Assembly (NCBI RefSeq): GCF_044704955.1
Contig: NC_091977.1
Coordinates: 38,254,001 to 38,318,000 of the forward strand
DNA length: 64,000 bases
From: Pristiophorus japonicus
Taxonomy: Eukaryota
Reading direction: 5' to 3'
This document shows positions 39,386 to 50,848 of this stretch, in pieces. The notes beneath the pieces are model-generated. The model was given only the letters and a program-made list of their open reading frames with translations, made no database searches and was not told the DNA's origin. The translations under genes and the position numbers were made by a program. The stretch's first letter is position 1. Each line of letters starts with the position of its first letter.

Positions 39386-39819
39386 GGCATGCTGTATCTA
39401 CCAAATATCTGGATAATTTGTACTGAACCCAGGGATCAAACAGTGAACCCCTGTTATTATGTTTTGGCTTCCTGCTTATATTGTGTGATCTTTCTTGATG
39501 GAGGTTGGTAGAAAAAGCATCTCACTAGCTTGAGGCATGGGTTATAAACAGCCATAGAGATTTATGAAGCAGTAAATTGGTAAGTAAAAGAAGCAATGAA
39601 ATGGATATATTTTCAATAGGCACAGGATTAATTATTGCGCTTTGGAAGATTTTAGGAATGCATAAGAAACTGGCTGAAGGAGAGAAAACAACGGGTACAT
39701 GTTAGAGGCGAGGGGTTATGGCAGACAGAAGCACGGAGTGCGACTCAGTGCGAGAACCACTTTAGTTTCTAATTTATATCAGTGACATGGATTCAGAAAC
39801 TCTCTGTAAATTGGACATA

Positions 39820-40965
39820 TTTACAGATTATACCAAGTTCAGCAGAGTGCAATTGGAGACAGCAATTTAAAATTGTGCAAAGTGAACTAAATATAATATG
39901 TAAACGGGTAGAACAATGGTAGTTGAAATTTAATGTAGATGCAGAAGGAGAAATGTGTGACACGTACTCCGTGAATGGTGTCGGAAATAGCTCGAGATGA
40001 AATTGCGAGAGACCTGGACGACTTAATTGATGTAATATTAACTGTTTCTAACTAATTCAAATCAACAAAACGTTGACCGATGCAGCCAAAACAAGTGAAT
40101 ATAAATCGGAGGATGTCACAATGAAACTAAATAGTGCTCTGGTCAGACCATACCTTGAATGTCGTGTCTGGGACTGCTTACGCCAAGATAAAAGAGACAA
40201 TTATATGCTGCAGACAGCGCAGAGAAGAATCACAATGCTGATCCATTGGGCTAGACTTTCCTATCATTTTCAGCGGGTTCTTGCCGATTTTCTCAATGGT
40301 ACAGCTGTTTTTCCGCCCAGGGAAAGTTTCCCACTTAGTTTTTTAGTGATATCGTCCAAATCAGAAAACGCCCACCGGAACCAAACCGCTGACGGGCAAT
40401 GCTGAGAAAATCGCTCGGGCGTAAGTTTGGCCTCAACGGAAGCCCGTCCAGATCGCCGAGAGAACCGCCCTGTAAAAGCTGCTTAAACAGATGAGTACTC
40501 TGCAAAGAAAGGTAAGTTAAAGGTTCTTTATTTATTTATGTTTTCATTTTAAAATGGCGATTAGGTGTAAAAGTGTCTTGGGAATGCTTTTTATATTTTG
40601 ATTTTATTTTTTATTGACATTTTTTTTTAAGTTTTCCCCCCTCCCTAGGCCCAACCGCAGCCTCGGACTAAATTTCAGAAATACTTACCGTCCATTCTGG
40701 TAAGAACTGCCCATTTTACTTAGCTTCCCCTTAATCGCCGAGGAAACCACCGACAATAAAGGTGCAACGCCCATTTTCTCGCCGGGCGATTAGTTTTAAT
40801 TAGTTTTAACATAAAAGTGGAAATTCTCGCCACGCGTTACTTACCAAACGTTAGCGGTTTTTCTGAGCGGGCAATCGGGCGTTGAGGGGCTCATAGGAAA
40901 GTCTAGCCCATCGTGTTAAACTCCTGAGATGTGAGGAAAGGTTGAGAAGTTTTACAGACTGAGAG
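39820..40965 (+). mobile_element. Very old CR1 fragment hosting a MITE
   Basis: EYKSEDVTMKLNSALVRPYLEC; resumes after the MITE as ...gatgtgaggaaaggttg. Confidence 0.55.
40248..40909. mobile_element. Complete Harbinger-type MITE (662 bp)
   Basis: Perfect 17-bp TIR GGGCTAGACTTTCCTAT / ATAGGAAAGTCTAGCCC; flanks ATT/ATC; CGCCC subterminal motifs. Confidence 0.85.
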
Positions 40966-40974
40966 TCTCGATAG

Positions 40975-41550
40975 TTAACCCCCGCCCCCCCACTCCCACC
41001 ACCCTGATTGGTGGAACAGGATTGGTGGGTTAAAGCTATAAATACTTGCAATGTGACCCCAGTGACTCCCATCACCTTTTTTACAGTGACAGATATCGGG
41101 ATATTTAATTAAAATATTTAAATGAGGCTCCCACCATGCAATTGTGAACCGATTTATAATTGACTGCTGCTTCGCTGGTTTCCCAGGAGTTGGGAAACTC
41201 GGCAGTGAAATGGAGGCAGGAGCTGCCAGGTCCACAAAGTAAGCGCCTCTTTCAGCACTTCTTGTGGGCCAGGAGTGCTACCCTCCATCTCCTCCAGGAA
41301 GCCTTGGGCCTTCCCCGGCCACAGTTGCGGACCTCTCCGACCTCGTGACTTCCGGGGACCATCGCCAAGGGTCCCGGGCTGAGGCCTCCTGTTGCTGGCA
41401 TTCCCTCCCAGCCGCCAGCCAGGAGGTCAATTGGGCTGGCTGCCGGGTGGAAAGCAGAGCTAGAAAACGTTAATGAGGTCCTGCCATTAAGTTTGTTTGT
41501 TCGTGGCCTCCCACACATCCTCCCCGCCTCCTGGTAAATATTGGCCGTGG
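40975..41550. mobile_element. Old MITE-like element
   Basis: GC-rich block ending GTAAATATTGGCC; resembles the 13068 and 24745 elements. Confidence 0.35.
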
Positions 41551-42894
41551 TGTTTCAATTCTAGAGGAGCTGTGGGATTTTAGAACTCCACCATTCAGAA
41601 TCCTCACTGAGAACTATTGCCTGGAAATTAAGGTTCTGTATGAATGCTTAAGATGTTCATATCAGATCTCTTCTCCATTGTACTATTTTGTTCTAAAATG
41701 GCATAAAAAAAGAATTTAGCAGTAATAATTTAACAAAAAGATTGGCAAATGGAATTGGATTATTTTCTGAATCATCAGCACAACTGGTTAAGAATTTTCT
41801 TTTAAAATATTGCTGTTAAAAGAAGTGAATTGGAGACGAAATAGAATACATATATCTACTTGGACATTTCTTTATGTTCAAAAACAGTATCAAATTCAAC
41901 AAAAACTGCCTTCAAGTAAAAAATCTTGGGAAGAAAGAAAAATCGTGCATTTATACAGCACTTTTCATGACTTCAGGATGTCCCAAATTAAATACTTTTA
42001 AAGTAGTCACTGTGTAATGGAGGAAATAAGTTAGCCAATGTGCGTACAAGGTCACACAAATCTATGAGATAATGACCAGAAACCTTTTTTTTTTGTGATG
42101 TTGGTTGAGGGAAAAACATGAGACATGTTTATGAACAATCCTACAGGAAGATAGAATCTGTTTTTGTAGAATTATCCTACAGCTGTCTTATATTCGAGAA
42201 ATGTTTGATAAGGTCTCAGTTCCCCAAATAGAATTTTCTTTGAAAGTATTATTGGCATGAGAGAGAGATCAATATGAAAATGTCAGATCTATATTGTCAT
42301 GTACACTCTGTTAAATCAATATTGGTATTATTTGAGAAATCAGCTCAGGTATGTGAATAGTGGCTTCAACCTTGATTCTCGCCCTCCTTCATCTGGACAA
42401 AGCTACACGGCTAAGTGCAGACTTTCCAAGTTTTATTCCGGCGCTCAGGAAGATTGTGTCACAATATTGACTGATAATTGCAAAGCCGCTCTGAAAACCA
42501 CGTTCGTTTTGTTCAGTGTTAAGCAGAACAGGAAACATGCTGCACATCAGGCAGAGTGATGTCCGCTGCAAAGCTTGTAAGTCTCCCGGATCAACTGCAC
42601 CGGCTAATGATGTTGCCAATTGCACAGCTTCAGACAGGGCAAGGGCACAAATGTGTCAGTAAATTTCAGGAGTCTGGCACAAGCAATCAGAATTACTGCA
42701 GATAGATCAGGAGGCTTTTCTGGTTTACTTACAAGTACATTGTGGCCATTGATAGGTTACAGAGTGGAGATGCAAGAGAGAGTAAGACATTTTAGCTGAT
42801 GCAATGTGGTTCGACGAAGACAAACTGGAGAAATGCAAGGGGCACTACATCGTGCAACAACACTTGTCACTCTTTATTCTTTGACTCTGCAAAA

Positions 42895-43420
42895 AACATG
42901 ACTTGCATTTACACAGTGCTTTATCATAGTTCTCAGTATGACTCAAAGCATTGTGTATAAATAGACTATTTTAAAGTGCAGTCATATTTGCAATCTGGTT
43001 GAACGTTACAGCCAGTTGGCATATGGTAAGGTCCCACAAACAGCCTGGTGGTGGTGGAGGGAGGAATGTTGGATAGGACGCTGGGAGAACTCCCTGTTCT
43101 TTTTCAAGTCGTGCGATAGCATCTTTAAAATTCATTTGAAGACTTCATCCAAAAGATGGCACTTCCAACAATGCAACACTCCCTCAGTACAACACTGAAG
43201 TGTCAGTTTAGATTATGTGCCCAAATCCATCGAAAGACTTAAACCGACAATCACCACTGCAGTACTTGCAGGATGAAAATTGGAGCCTTGGTTTAACATC
43301 TAATCTGACCGATGGTGCCTCTGACAATGCAACAATCTCGCAATACAGCAGTGAAATTTGCAGATAATCTAGGCTGATGCTTCAGTGCAGTGCTGAGGGA
43401 GAGCTGCTCTATCAGAGGAA
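42895..43420. mobile_element. Cluster of old Deu-SINE fragments on both strands (another at ~41930-42115)
   Basis: catccaaaagatggcac...cactccctcagtac; ctaggctgatgcttcagtgcagtgctgaggga. Confidence 0.55.
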
Positions 43421-44048
43421 GGGTGAGTTGGCTGAGGTAGATTGGGAAACTACATTAAAAGATATAGGCTAGACTTTCCACTTCACCTCGCCCATCTAGG
43501 GCCCATATCGCCCAAAATGGACCTCTATCGCCCATTTTGTGCAAAAAGTGGAAACTAGGCCCAAAACATCGCCAGAAAAACAGGTGCCTAAGTTTCCACT
43601 TTGATCGCCGAGATGATCGCCCAAAAGATCGCCCACACAAGGCCCATCCCAAGTTTCGGCACCGAGCACGCACTTCACTAGGCTGATGCAAGGCCCAAAA
43701 GAGTGCTGAGAAATAGTTGCTTTTTCTGGGCCTAAGAGAAGGAAATGGGCACTACCGACGCCATTTTGAACTGAGGAGAAAGGGTGGAGGATTAGCTGTA
43801 AGTTAATTTAAAGTTAATTGTACTCAGAATATTGGAACAGGGAATATAAAGAGGTATTATCAAGTTATTTTTGGTAAATAGTTATTATATATTGAAATTA
43901 TTTTGTAAATAGCTTTTACATAGTGAAGTTATTTACTGATATTGTTTGTGCCTATCAAACTGACTGGTATACAGCATGCAGAGTACAGTGATTCGAGAGT
44001 ATAGAGTAGAGAGATTACTAAAATTTGTGAAAGTAATTATCGATAGTG

Positions 44049-45255
44049 ATGGGGCCGATACTTTCCCTGCCTTTAATTGCAACTGCTCACACACTGGTTA
44101 CTGACTAATGCGTAGACGAAGACAGAGGAGGAGGCCGTACAGCCAACGAAGGTACTTGGAGAAGCAATCCTACCTGAACTTGTCTGAAAATGCTTGTCTT
44201 AGGAGGCTGCGATTTCAGAAGGAGGTCATCGATGAGATATGTCAACTCATCAAGGGTGATCTGCAGCCTTCCAGCACCATCAGAACCGCACTGTCGGTTG
44301 AGGTGAGGGTTACTGCTGCCCTAGCCTTCTACGCATTGGGATCCTTTCAGGCTTCAGCTGGCGACATCTGCCATATCTCTCAGCACGCTACACACTGCTG
44401 CATTCGACAGGTGACTGAAGCCCTTTACGCTCGCAGTATGGACTTCATAAACTTCCCAATGACCAGGGAGGCACAGACCGAGAGGGCTTTGGGTTTCTCA
44501 AGAATAGCAGACTTCCCCAAGGTGCAGGGAGCAATAGACTGCACGCACATTGCCCTGAAAGCACCCTTAAAGAACGCGGAGGTGTTTCATAACAGAAAGG
44601 GGTTCCACTCACTAAATGTGCAGCTTGTTGTCGACCACAATCAAACAATTTTAACAGTGAATGCTACATTTCCTGGCAGCATCCATGATGTGCACATATT
44701 AAGTGAAAGTGCTATCCCTGACCTGTTGGTCAATCAGCAAGAAGGTCAAGGTTGGATGCTGGGGGATAAAGGGTATGACCTTGCAAGTTGGCTGATGACT
44801 CCTCTGCGTAATCCTGTCAGTGAAGCACAGAAACGGTATAATGAAAGTCACATAGCGACTCGCAACATCGTTGAAAAGACAATTGGAGTCCTAAAGCAAC
44901 GCTTCAGATGGCTGGATCATTCTGGAGGCAACCTGCAGTACCACCCTGATCAGGTAGCAGAGTTTATTGTGGTGTGTTGCATGCTGCATAACCTAGCTAT
45001 AAAGAGAGGACAAATAATGCTAGATCATGCTGCAGGTCCACCTCCCCAGAAGGAGATGAGACAGAAGAGGCAGCCGGCGAGGATGAAGAGGAGGAACAGG
45101 CGGGAGAGGACGCGGATGAGGACATAGAGGAGCTTAATCAGCCTGGCGATCTAGCACCGGTACCACCACACCTCTCCCGAAGACCAGTAGCCAGTGGCAG
45201 TTACACGGCCGCTAAGCTTTTGCGTCAGCAGATCATTAATGAATGCTTTGCATGA
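44049..45255 (+). pseudogene. HARBI1-like DDE transposase with an uninterrupted 339-aa core (44108-45127)
   Basis: RRLRF, GAIDCTHI, NRKGFHSLNVQ, FPGSIHD, LGDKGY, RNIVEKTIGVLKQRFR, CCMLHN; frameshifts near the N-terminus and at ~45050 (acidic tail and ...INECFA* in another frame). Confidence 0.92.
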
Positions 45256-45716
45256 ACTATTAATTGTGGATATTCAAATGTTCAATTACAGTTAGGATTA
45301 ATCAAAAGATTCATTTGCGTGGGGTTTCCTTGTTGTCTTTCCTGCACTGGCCTATCATCTGAATTAGTTTAAGTAAAGTTTAAAGTACTGGCAAAGTAAA
45401 AGTACTGGTATAATAACAGAATAAACAAACAAATATGCATGAAAAACTGCACATTTGAAAACTAATGTAACTAAGGGAGAAGGCACAAAAGTTGTTGAAT
45501 TAATTTTTTTTTAATCAACAATGATAGAAATGTTTTAATAAACTAATGAAAAACACCCTCCCTCCAACGCCCCCCCCCCCCCCGCACCAACCCACCCTTC
45601 CCTCAAATCCCTAAAACATTAGAACATGAAAAAATTGAACATTTAAGTTATAATAACAAGTGAACAATTAAGTAACAATAACATTTATGGAACTTTTGGA
45701 AAACCCTCCCCCCTCC

Positions 45717-46420
45717 CTACCTGCGGCCACATTTCCCTCCAGATCTGGTCCCACCCCATGTTCGCACCCCACCTGCCCGTTTTGGTCTACGCAGACCGAC
45801 ACGAACGCGTTGTGCAGTTTGTGACGGCAAGACGTCCTGCCGTGGTGGAGGTGATGGAGCGGAAGCAGAAGCCTGAGGCTCCACTTCCAAGTCAGGAGGA
45901 ACTATGTTGTCCGTACTCACTTGCGTGCTTGGGGTCTCGCTGCGAGTGGACACGACACCTTGGGGTGCAGCGCCGTGTCCAGCCAGCAATGCATTTGTTG
46001 CGGCTGTCTGCTGCCTAACCACCTCCAATGTCTCCTGAGCAGTCTGTGACTGCTCAGAAGACCTGCTGGAGAAGCGCGTGCAGAACTCGCTCCAGGTTGT
46101 GGAGAACTGGCTCCAATTTGATGAGAAACCGGCGAACCCCTGGATAAGGTTGCAACCGATCACGACCGTCTCCCTGCACAGGGATAATAAGCTCTCCGTC
46201 TGGTCCTCTGTGGTAGGCGATTGCACAGTACGCTGACCAGACCTCCGTGGGGTCGGCGTGTGCAATGTTACATGCCTTGGCGTCACCACCTGCACACCGC
46301 TTGGTCCCGGTGCCTCATCCATCTCAAAAGAGAAGGCCGCAAGTTGATTCCCCCCCCCACCTCAAAAAAAATATATTTTTCCTCCTTCTCCTCCTGCGTT
46401 TTCTCACCGTGTTCTCGATC
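45717..46420 (-). pseudogene. Last exon of the Harbinger second (Myb/SANT-type) gene
   Basis: 201-aa ORF convergent with the transposase; similar to exon 3 of the Myb gene at 54.5-55.2 kb; basic Arg/Gly C-terminus. Confidence 0.65.
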
Positions 46421-47069
46421 GTGATGTTCCAAAGTGCTGGTCAGAATAGAGCTTAGTTCTCTTGGTACGATAGGCCCTTAATTATACTCTGAGAGCCTGT
46501 TTAATCTTTGTGCCAAATCTAACGTTTCTTTTGTTTAAGTTTTGCTGCCCAGCTAACTGAAACTTGATTAAGTTTTAATCTGTTGTTGATAAGATTTTTC
46601 TGATTTGATGAGCTCTTGTCCATTGTGATAGCACTGCTTTTGCTTCGGGAAGTCTGGCTTGAGCCAGATATTTCTATGCCTGTTGAAAAGGTGTTGGAAT
46701 ATGTATGTGACATTTGGGTCCTGTGGGTGGGGTGGATAATATTTCTTCCGTGGTCGATTGTTTAAATGCTAATGTTTTCTGGGAGGCTGACTGAGGTTAA
46801 ACAGTTCCGCCAGACAATTTGATTAACTCCAATCTCCAAATTGGCTTTACAGAGGTCAATCCCATCCTCTGGTTTTGAAGCCTTTTTCCTCACAGACCCA
46901 ACATGCCTTTTAAAAATCCCAAACTTGGTTAAAACTAGCAGATTTCTTCCATATGCATTTCAGGATCCCAAACTTTCTGTTTGATAGTCCCAGATTGAAT
47001 TATTTTTCAGTGAGTCCAAACACTGGGCGGGGTGGGAAGGTGGGGGGGGGGGGCGGTTTCTATGGATTT

Positions 47070-49141
47070 TGGAATCTTGCAGGGCAGTGCTCAATGATGT
47101 GCCCCAGGGTCTGATTGGGAGCTCCACAGTCGCATAATGGGGTTGCTTTAAACTTCCATTTATGGAGAAGGTGGTAGCATCTACCATGACCAGTTCTGAG
47201 GTGGTTGATGGTTGTTCACTGTTTGCGAGGAAGGTTTGATCCTTCAGGTTGTACTGTGGGGTCCTCTACAAGGAATCCAATCCATATGTCGCAGTTCTTT
47301 CAAGCATTTCACCGTCCGTCATCAAGGGCTTCGGCAATGGCCCAAAATGGCCATCTAGATTTCAGTTGGGTTGGTGGTAGGTAGTTTAAAATCAGCCTGG
47401 ATCAGCATGTCTTTGCTGGTGCAGCAGTTGTAATTCTCTGGAAACTGCATATTCACGGTGTAGTTGTGGTTGTGCGATGTTTTCAAGCACGGGGCAGCCA
47501 AGGTGTTGGTGTCGATTAAAAGTGTGCCAGTGATAATTCTCATAGTAGTCATCATCATCATCATCATAGGCAGTCCCTTGAAATCGAGGAAGACTTGTTT
47601 CCACTCTAAAAGTGAGTTCTTAGTGTCTAAACAGTCCAATTTGGAATTACAGTCTTTGTCACAGGTGGGACAGACAGTCGTTGAAGGAAAGAGTGGGTGG
47701 CGAGTCTATTTTGCCGCATGCTCCTTCCACTGCCTGCGCTTGCTTTCTGCATGCTCCCGGCAATGAGACTTTGAGCTGCTCAGCACCTTCCCGGATGCTC
47801 TTCCTCCACTTTGGGTGGTCTTTGGCCAGGTACTCCTAGGTGTCGGTGGGGATGTTGCATTTTTTCAAGGAGGCTTTGAGAGTGTCCTTGAAACATTTCC
47901 TCTGCCCACCTGGGGCTCGCTTGCCCTGTAGGAGTTCCAAGTCGAGCGCTTGCTTTGGGAGTCTTGTGTCAGGCATGCGAACAATGTGGTCCGCCCAAGG
48001 GAGCTGGTTGAGTGTGGTCAGTGCTTCAATGCTGGGGAAGTTGGCCTGATCGAGGACACTAACGTTTGTGCATCTGTCTTCCCAGGGGATTTGCAGGATC
48101 TTGTGGAGACATCGTTGGTGGTATTTCTCCAGCGATATGAGGTATCTACTGGACATGATCCACGTCTCTGAACTATAAGGGAGGCCGGGTATCACTACAG
48201 CCGTGTAGACCATAAGCTTGGTGCCAGATTTGAGGGCCTGATCTTCGAACACTACAATTCAGCTGGACTGCAATGGATTTGACATGCGGACTTGATAGCC
48301 ATGCCGGAGAGCAGTACATCGCTGTAGTGTACACCAGGGCGAGTGCTGCGGTACGGAGGGTATGAGTGTTTGCTCCCCATGTACATCCGGCGAGTTTCTG
48401 GATCAAGTTGACCCTACTCTTTAGTTTCATCCCAAGCTTCTGGAGTTATTGTCTTTATGACAGGATGCGATCAAGCCTGACTCATAAATAGGAGTTTTTT
48501 TTGGCATGGTTTACCCCTTCTGCGTCGCAAAAGGAGGCTTTCAAAGCTTGGTTTACTTGATAGATGTTGAGGTGGAATGTCAAGGTGACGGTCTTTTGCA
48601 GGTTTGGTTGGTGTCGCCATCGGCAGAAGTAGGCCCGCATCCGCTGTAAATCACTGGTCAAGGCCTCTTCGGTGATGAACAGATTCATATTTTGCGTGGC
48701 GAAGGCAATGTCATTTGCGTATACGAACTTGTGGGGCTTTGTTTCGGGCAAGTCACTGGTGTAAATGTTGAATAACGTGGGTGCTAGAACAGAACTCTGT
48801 AGGAGTCCGTTGTTCTGTATCCTATATCTGATCTTCTGGGTGCCAGAGTACACTGGAACCGTCAGTTGCTAAGCATGGAATTGAGAAGATGAATCATTGT
48901 TCTGCAGGGTAAAGTGGTGGCGAGCTTGATAAGCAGTCCCTGCTGCCCAACTGTGTATAATGCTGCTGACAGGTCCATGCTATGGCAGTCTTGAGCTGGC
49001 GCTGGAAGCCTGCTCTGATGTGCATTGTTAAAGCTACCACTTGTTCGCAGCAGTTAAGGCCACTCCGGGAGCCTGCTTGTTTCTCAGGAATGGTTGGCTT
49101 GATGATGGGGGTTAGTCTGCGGAGTAGTAGCTTCTCCAGCA
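47070..49141 (-). mobile_element. Vingi/Ingi-clade (I-group) LINE, 5'-truncated, interrupted by RTE
   Basis: NGLLQSSVLAPTLFNIYTSDLP..FVYAND (RT); KLAGCTWGANTHTLRT; LRTGHGRC...CDCGAPNQTLGHIIEHC zinc knuckle; no RNase H evident. Confidence 0.7.
47549..48252 (-). mobile_element. RTE-clade LINE 3' fragment
   Basis: TKLMVY.AVV...ETW...HQRCL..IL...GGQRK.FKDTLK; (ATG)n tail seen as tcatcatcat. Confidence 0.9.
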
Positions 49142-49206
49142 CAGGAGAATTATAATGGGCAATAAGAAAATGGCAGAGATATAAACAAATACTTTCTATA
49201 TGACCT

Positions 49207-49444
49207 TGTTATGTCTTTAATACTCTTATGAATGACTCCACGAGGCCTAGTATTGTACTTGAGCTGATGTAATCTGAGTCCCATTTATTGTAACTCCAGA
49301 GTGAGGCACAAGCACGGTGGGCAGCCTTTTATGCTGGGCCCTGCACACCTATGAAGCTGATCCTCAGATCTCCCACCGCAGTGCCCTCTGGTGGCACACC
49401 GTATTTGACTATACAGTCAGTATACATGGTCTACATACATGACA
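49207..49444 (-). mobile_element. Solo LTR (Gypsy-like) with 5-bp TSD
   Basis: TGTTATGT...ACATGACA termini; flanks GACCT/GTCCT; minus-strand ATAAAAGGC and AATAAA. Confidence 0.75.
49378..49397 (-). promoter_or_regulatory. CTCF consensus motif in solo LTR
   Basis: Minus strand GTGCCACCAGAGGGCACTGC. Confidence 0.55.
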
Positions 49445-49533
49445 GTCCTTATGGTAGAAGACACAAAAAACATTCCAGAAATAATGGGGAACCAAGTGTC
49501 GAGAGAATAAGATACTTATTATGAGAAATTAAA

Positions 49534-50140
49534 GAAATTGCCCCCCCCCCCCCCCCCACCACGGATGTGACACCGTTTCCAACTCCAATTTTGCGGGAGT
49601 TAAGCGGCGGAGGTAAAAATAGCGTCCACTCCTAGCGGTAGCGCCTCATGCCACTGCACCTGCGAGGACGATGTCATCACCGTGTGCAGCGACGTTTTCA
49701 CCCCGGAGCGAAAAATTCATAGCGCCCTGTGAAGCTGCCATCTGCTTTGTAGATCGCAGAGTCCATGCCGCGATCTTGCAGCCCGGCACTCCATTTGTAT
49801 GCCAGGCTGCTGTCATGGCATCCCGCTCCCTGGTGGTCCAGCGATGGCCCCGTTTCCTGCCCGCAGAGGCGGCAGCTTAGCCCTCCCCTTCAATGGAAGA
49901 GGAGGTCCCTGTATACGCAACCCCGCTACCCGTCCCACCGCGTAGCTGTGCAAATTTCACATGGCTTTGCACCCCGGTCCCGCCCCCGAGAGGAACTGCA
50001 GCGCGATATGTTGCATTGCAATTCGTCTCGGGGACGGTAAGCCCAATATAGCTCGCGGGCGGAACTTCCGCACCTGCCTCAAGAACTCCCGCTTTGCGGC
50101 TTTTACCACCCCTAACTGGGGCGGTACTCAATTTCGACCC
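49534..50140. mobile_element. CpG-rich Harbinger-type MITE
   Basis: GAAATTGCC / CAATTTCGACCC ends; internal CGGTAAG at ~50035. Confidence 0.55.
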
Positions 50141-50309
50141 GATCATACTGGAGAAATGAATGGGGTGAAGTGGCAACTGATCCCCTGGACCTGACGACCT
50201 GCATCCTAGGGTTTGAAAAGAGGTAGCTGCAGAGAGATTGCACTGGTATTAATCTTCCAGAATTCCCTAGATCCTAGACAGTCCCCAAGGATTGGAAGAC
50301 AGCAAACAT

Positions 50310-50848
50310 ATCATCATCATAGGCAGTCCCTCGAAAACGAGGAAGACTTGCTTGCATTCTAAAAGTGAGTTTTCAGATGACTGTACAGTCCAATACGGGA
50401 ATTACAGTCTCTGTCACAGGTGGGACAGACAGTGGTTGAAGGAAAGGTTGGGTGGGCAGTCTGGTTTTCCACACGCTCCTTCCGCTGTCTGCGTTTGGTT
50501 TCTGCATGCTCTTGGCGATGAGACTCGAGGTGCTCAGCGCCCTCCCGGATGCTCTTCCTCCACTTCGGACAGTCTTGGGCCAGGGATTCCCAGGTGTCAG
50601 TGGGGATGTTGCACTTCATAAAGGAGGCTTTGAGGGTGTCCTTGAAGCGTTTCCTCTGCCCACCTGGGGCTCGCTTGCCATGTAAGAGTTCCGAGTAGAG
50701 TGCTTGCTTGTGTCGGACATGCAGACGATGTGGCCTGCCCAACCGAGCTGGTCGAGCGTGGTCAATGCTTCGATGCTGAGGATGTTGGCCTGATCAAGAA
50801 CACTGACGTTGGTGCGTCTGTCCTCCCAGTGGATTTTCAGGATCTTGC
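50310..50848 (-). mobile_element. RTE-clade LINE 3' fragment
   Basis: GQRKRFKDTLK...CPTCDRDCNSRIGLYSHLKTH (C2H2); tcatcatcat tail. Confidence 0.9.

Larger units (their letters stand above)
43466..46420 (+). mobile_element. Autonomous-type PIF/Harbinger transposon, right end lost
   Basis: Left TIR AGGCTAGACTTTCC; ATCGCCC array; transposase (+) and convergent second gene (-). Confidence 0.9.

Noticed and set aside
44108-45127. Host domesticated HARBI1 gene
   Set aside because: Flanked by a TIR and subterminal repeats, has a convergent partner gene and terminal frameshifts, so it is a transposon copy.
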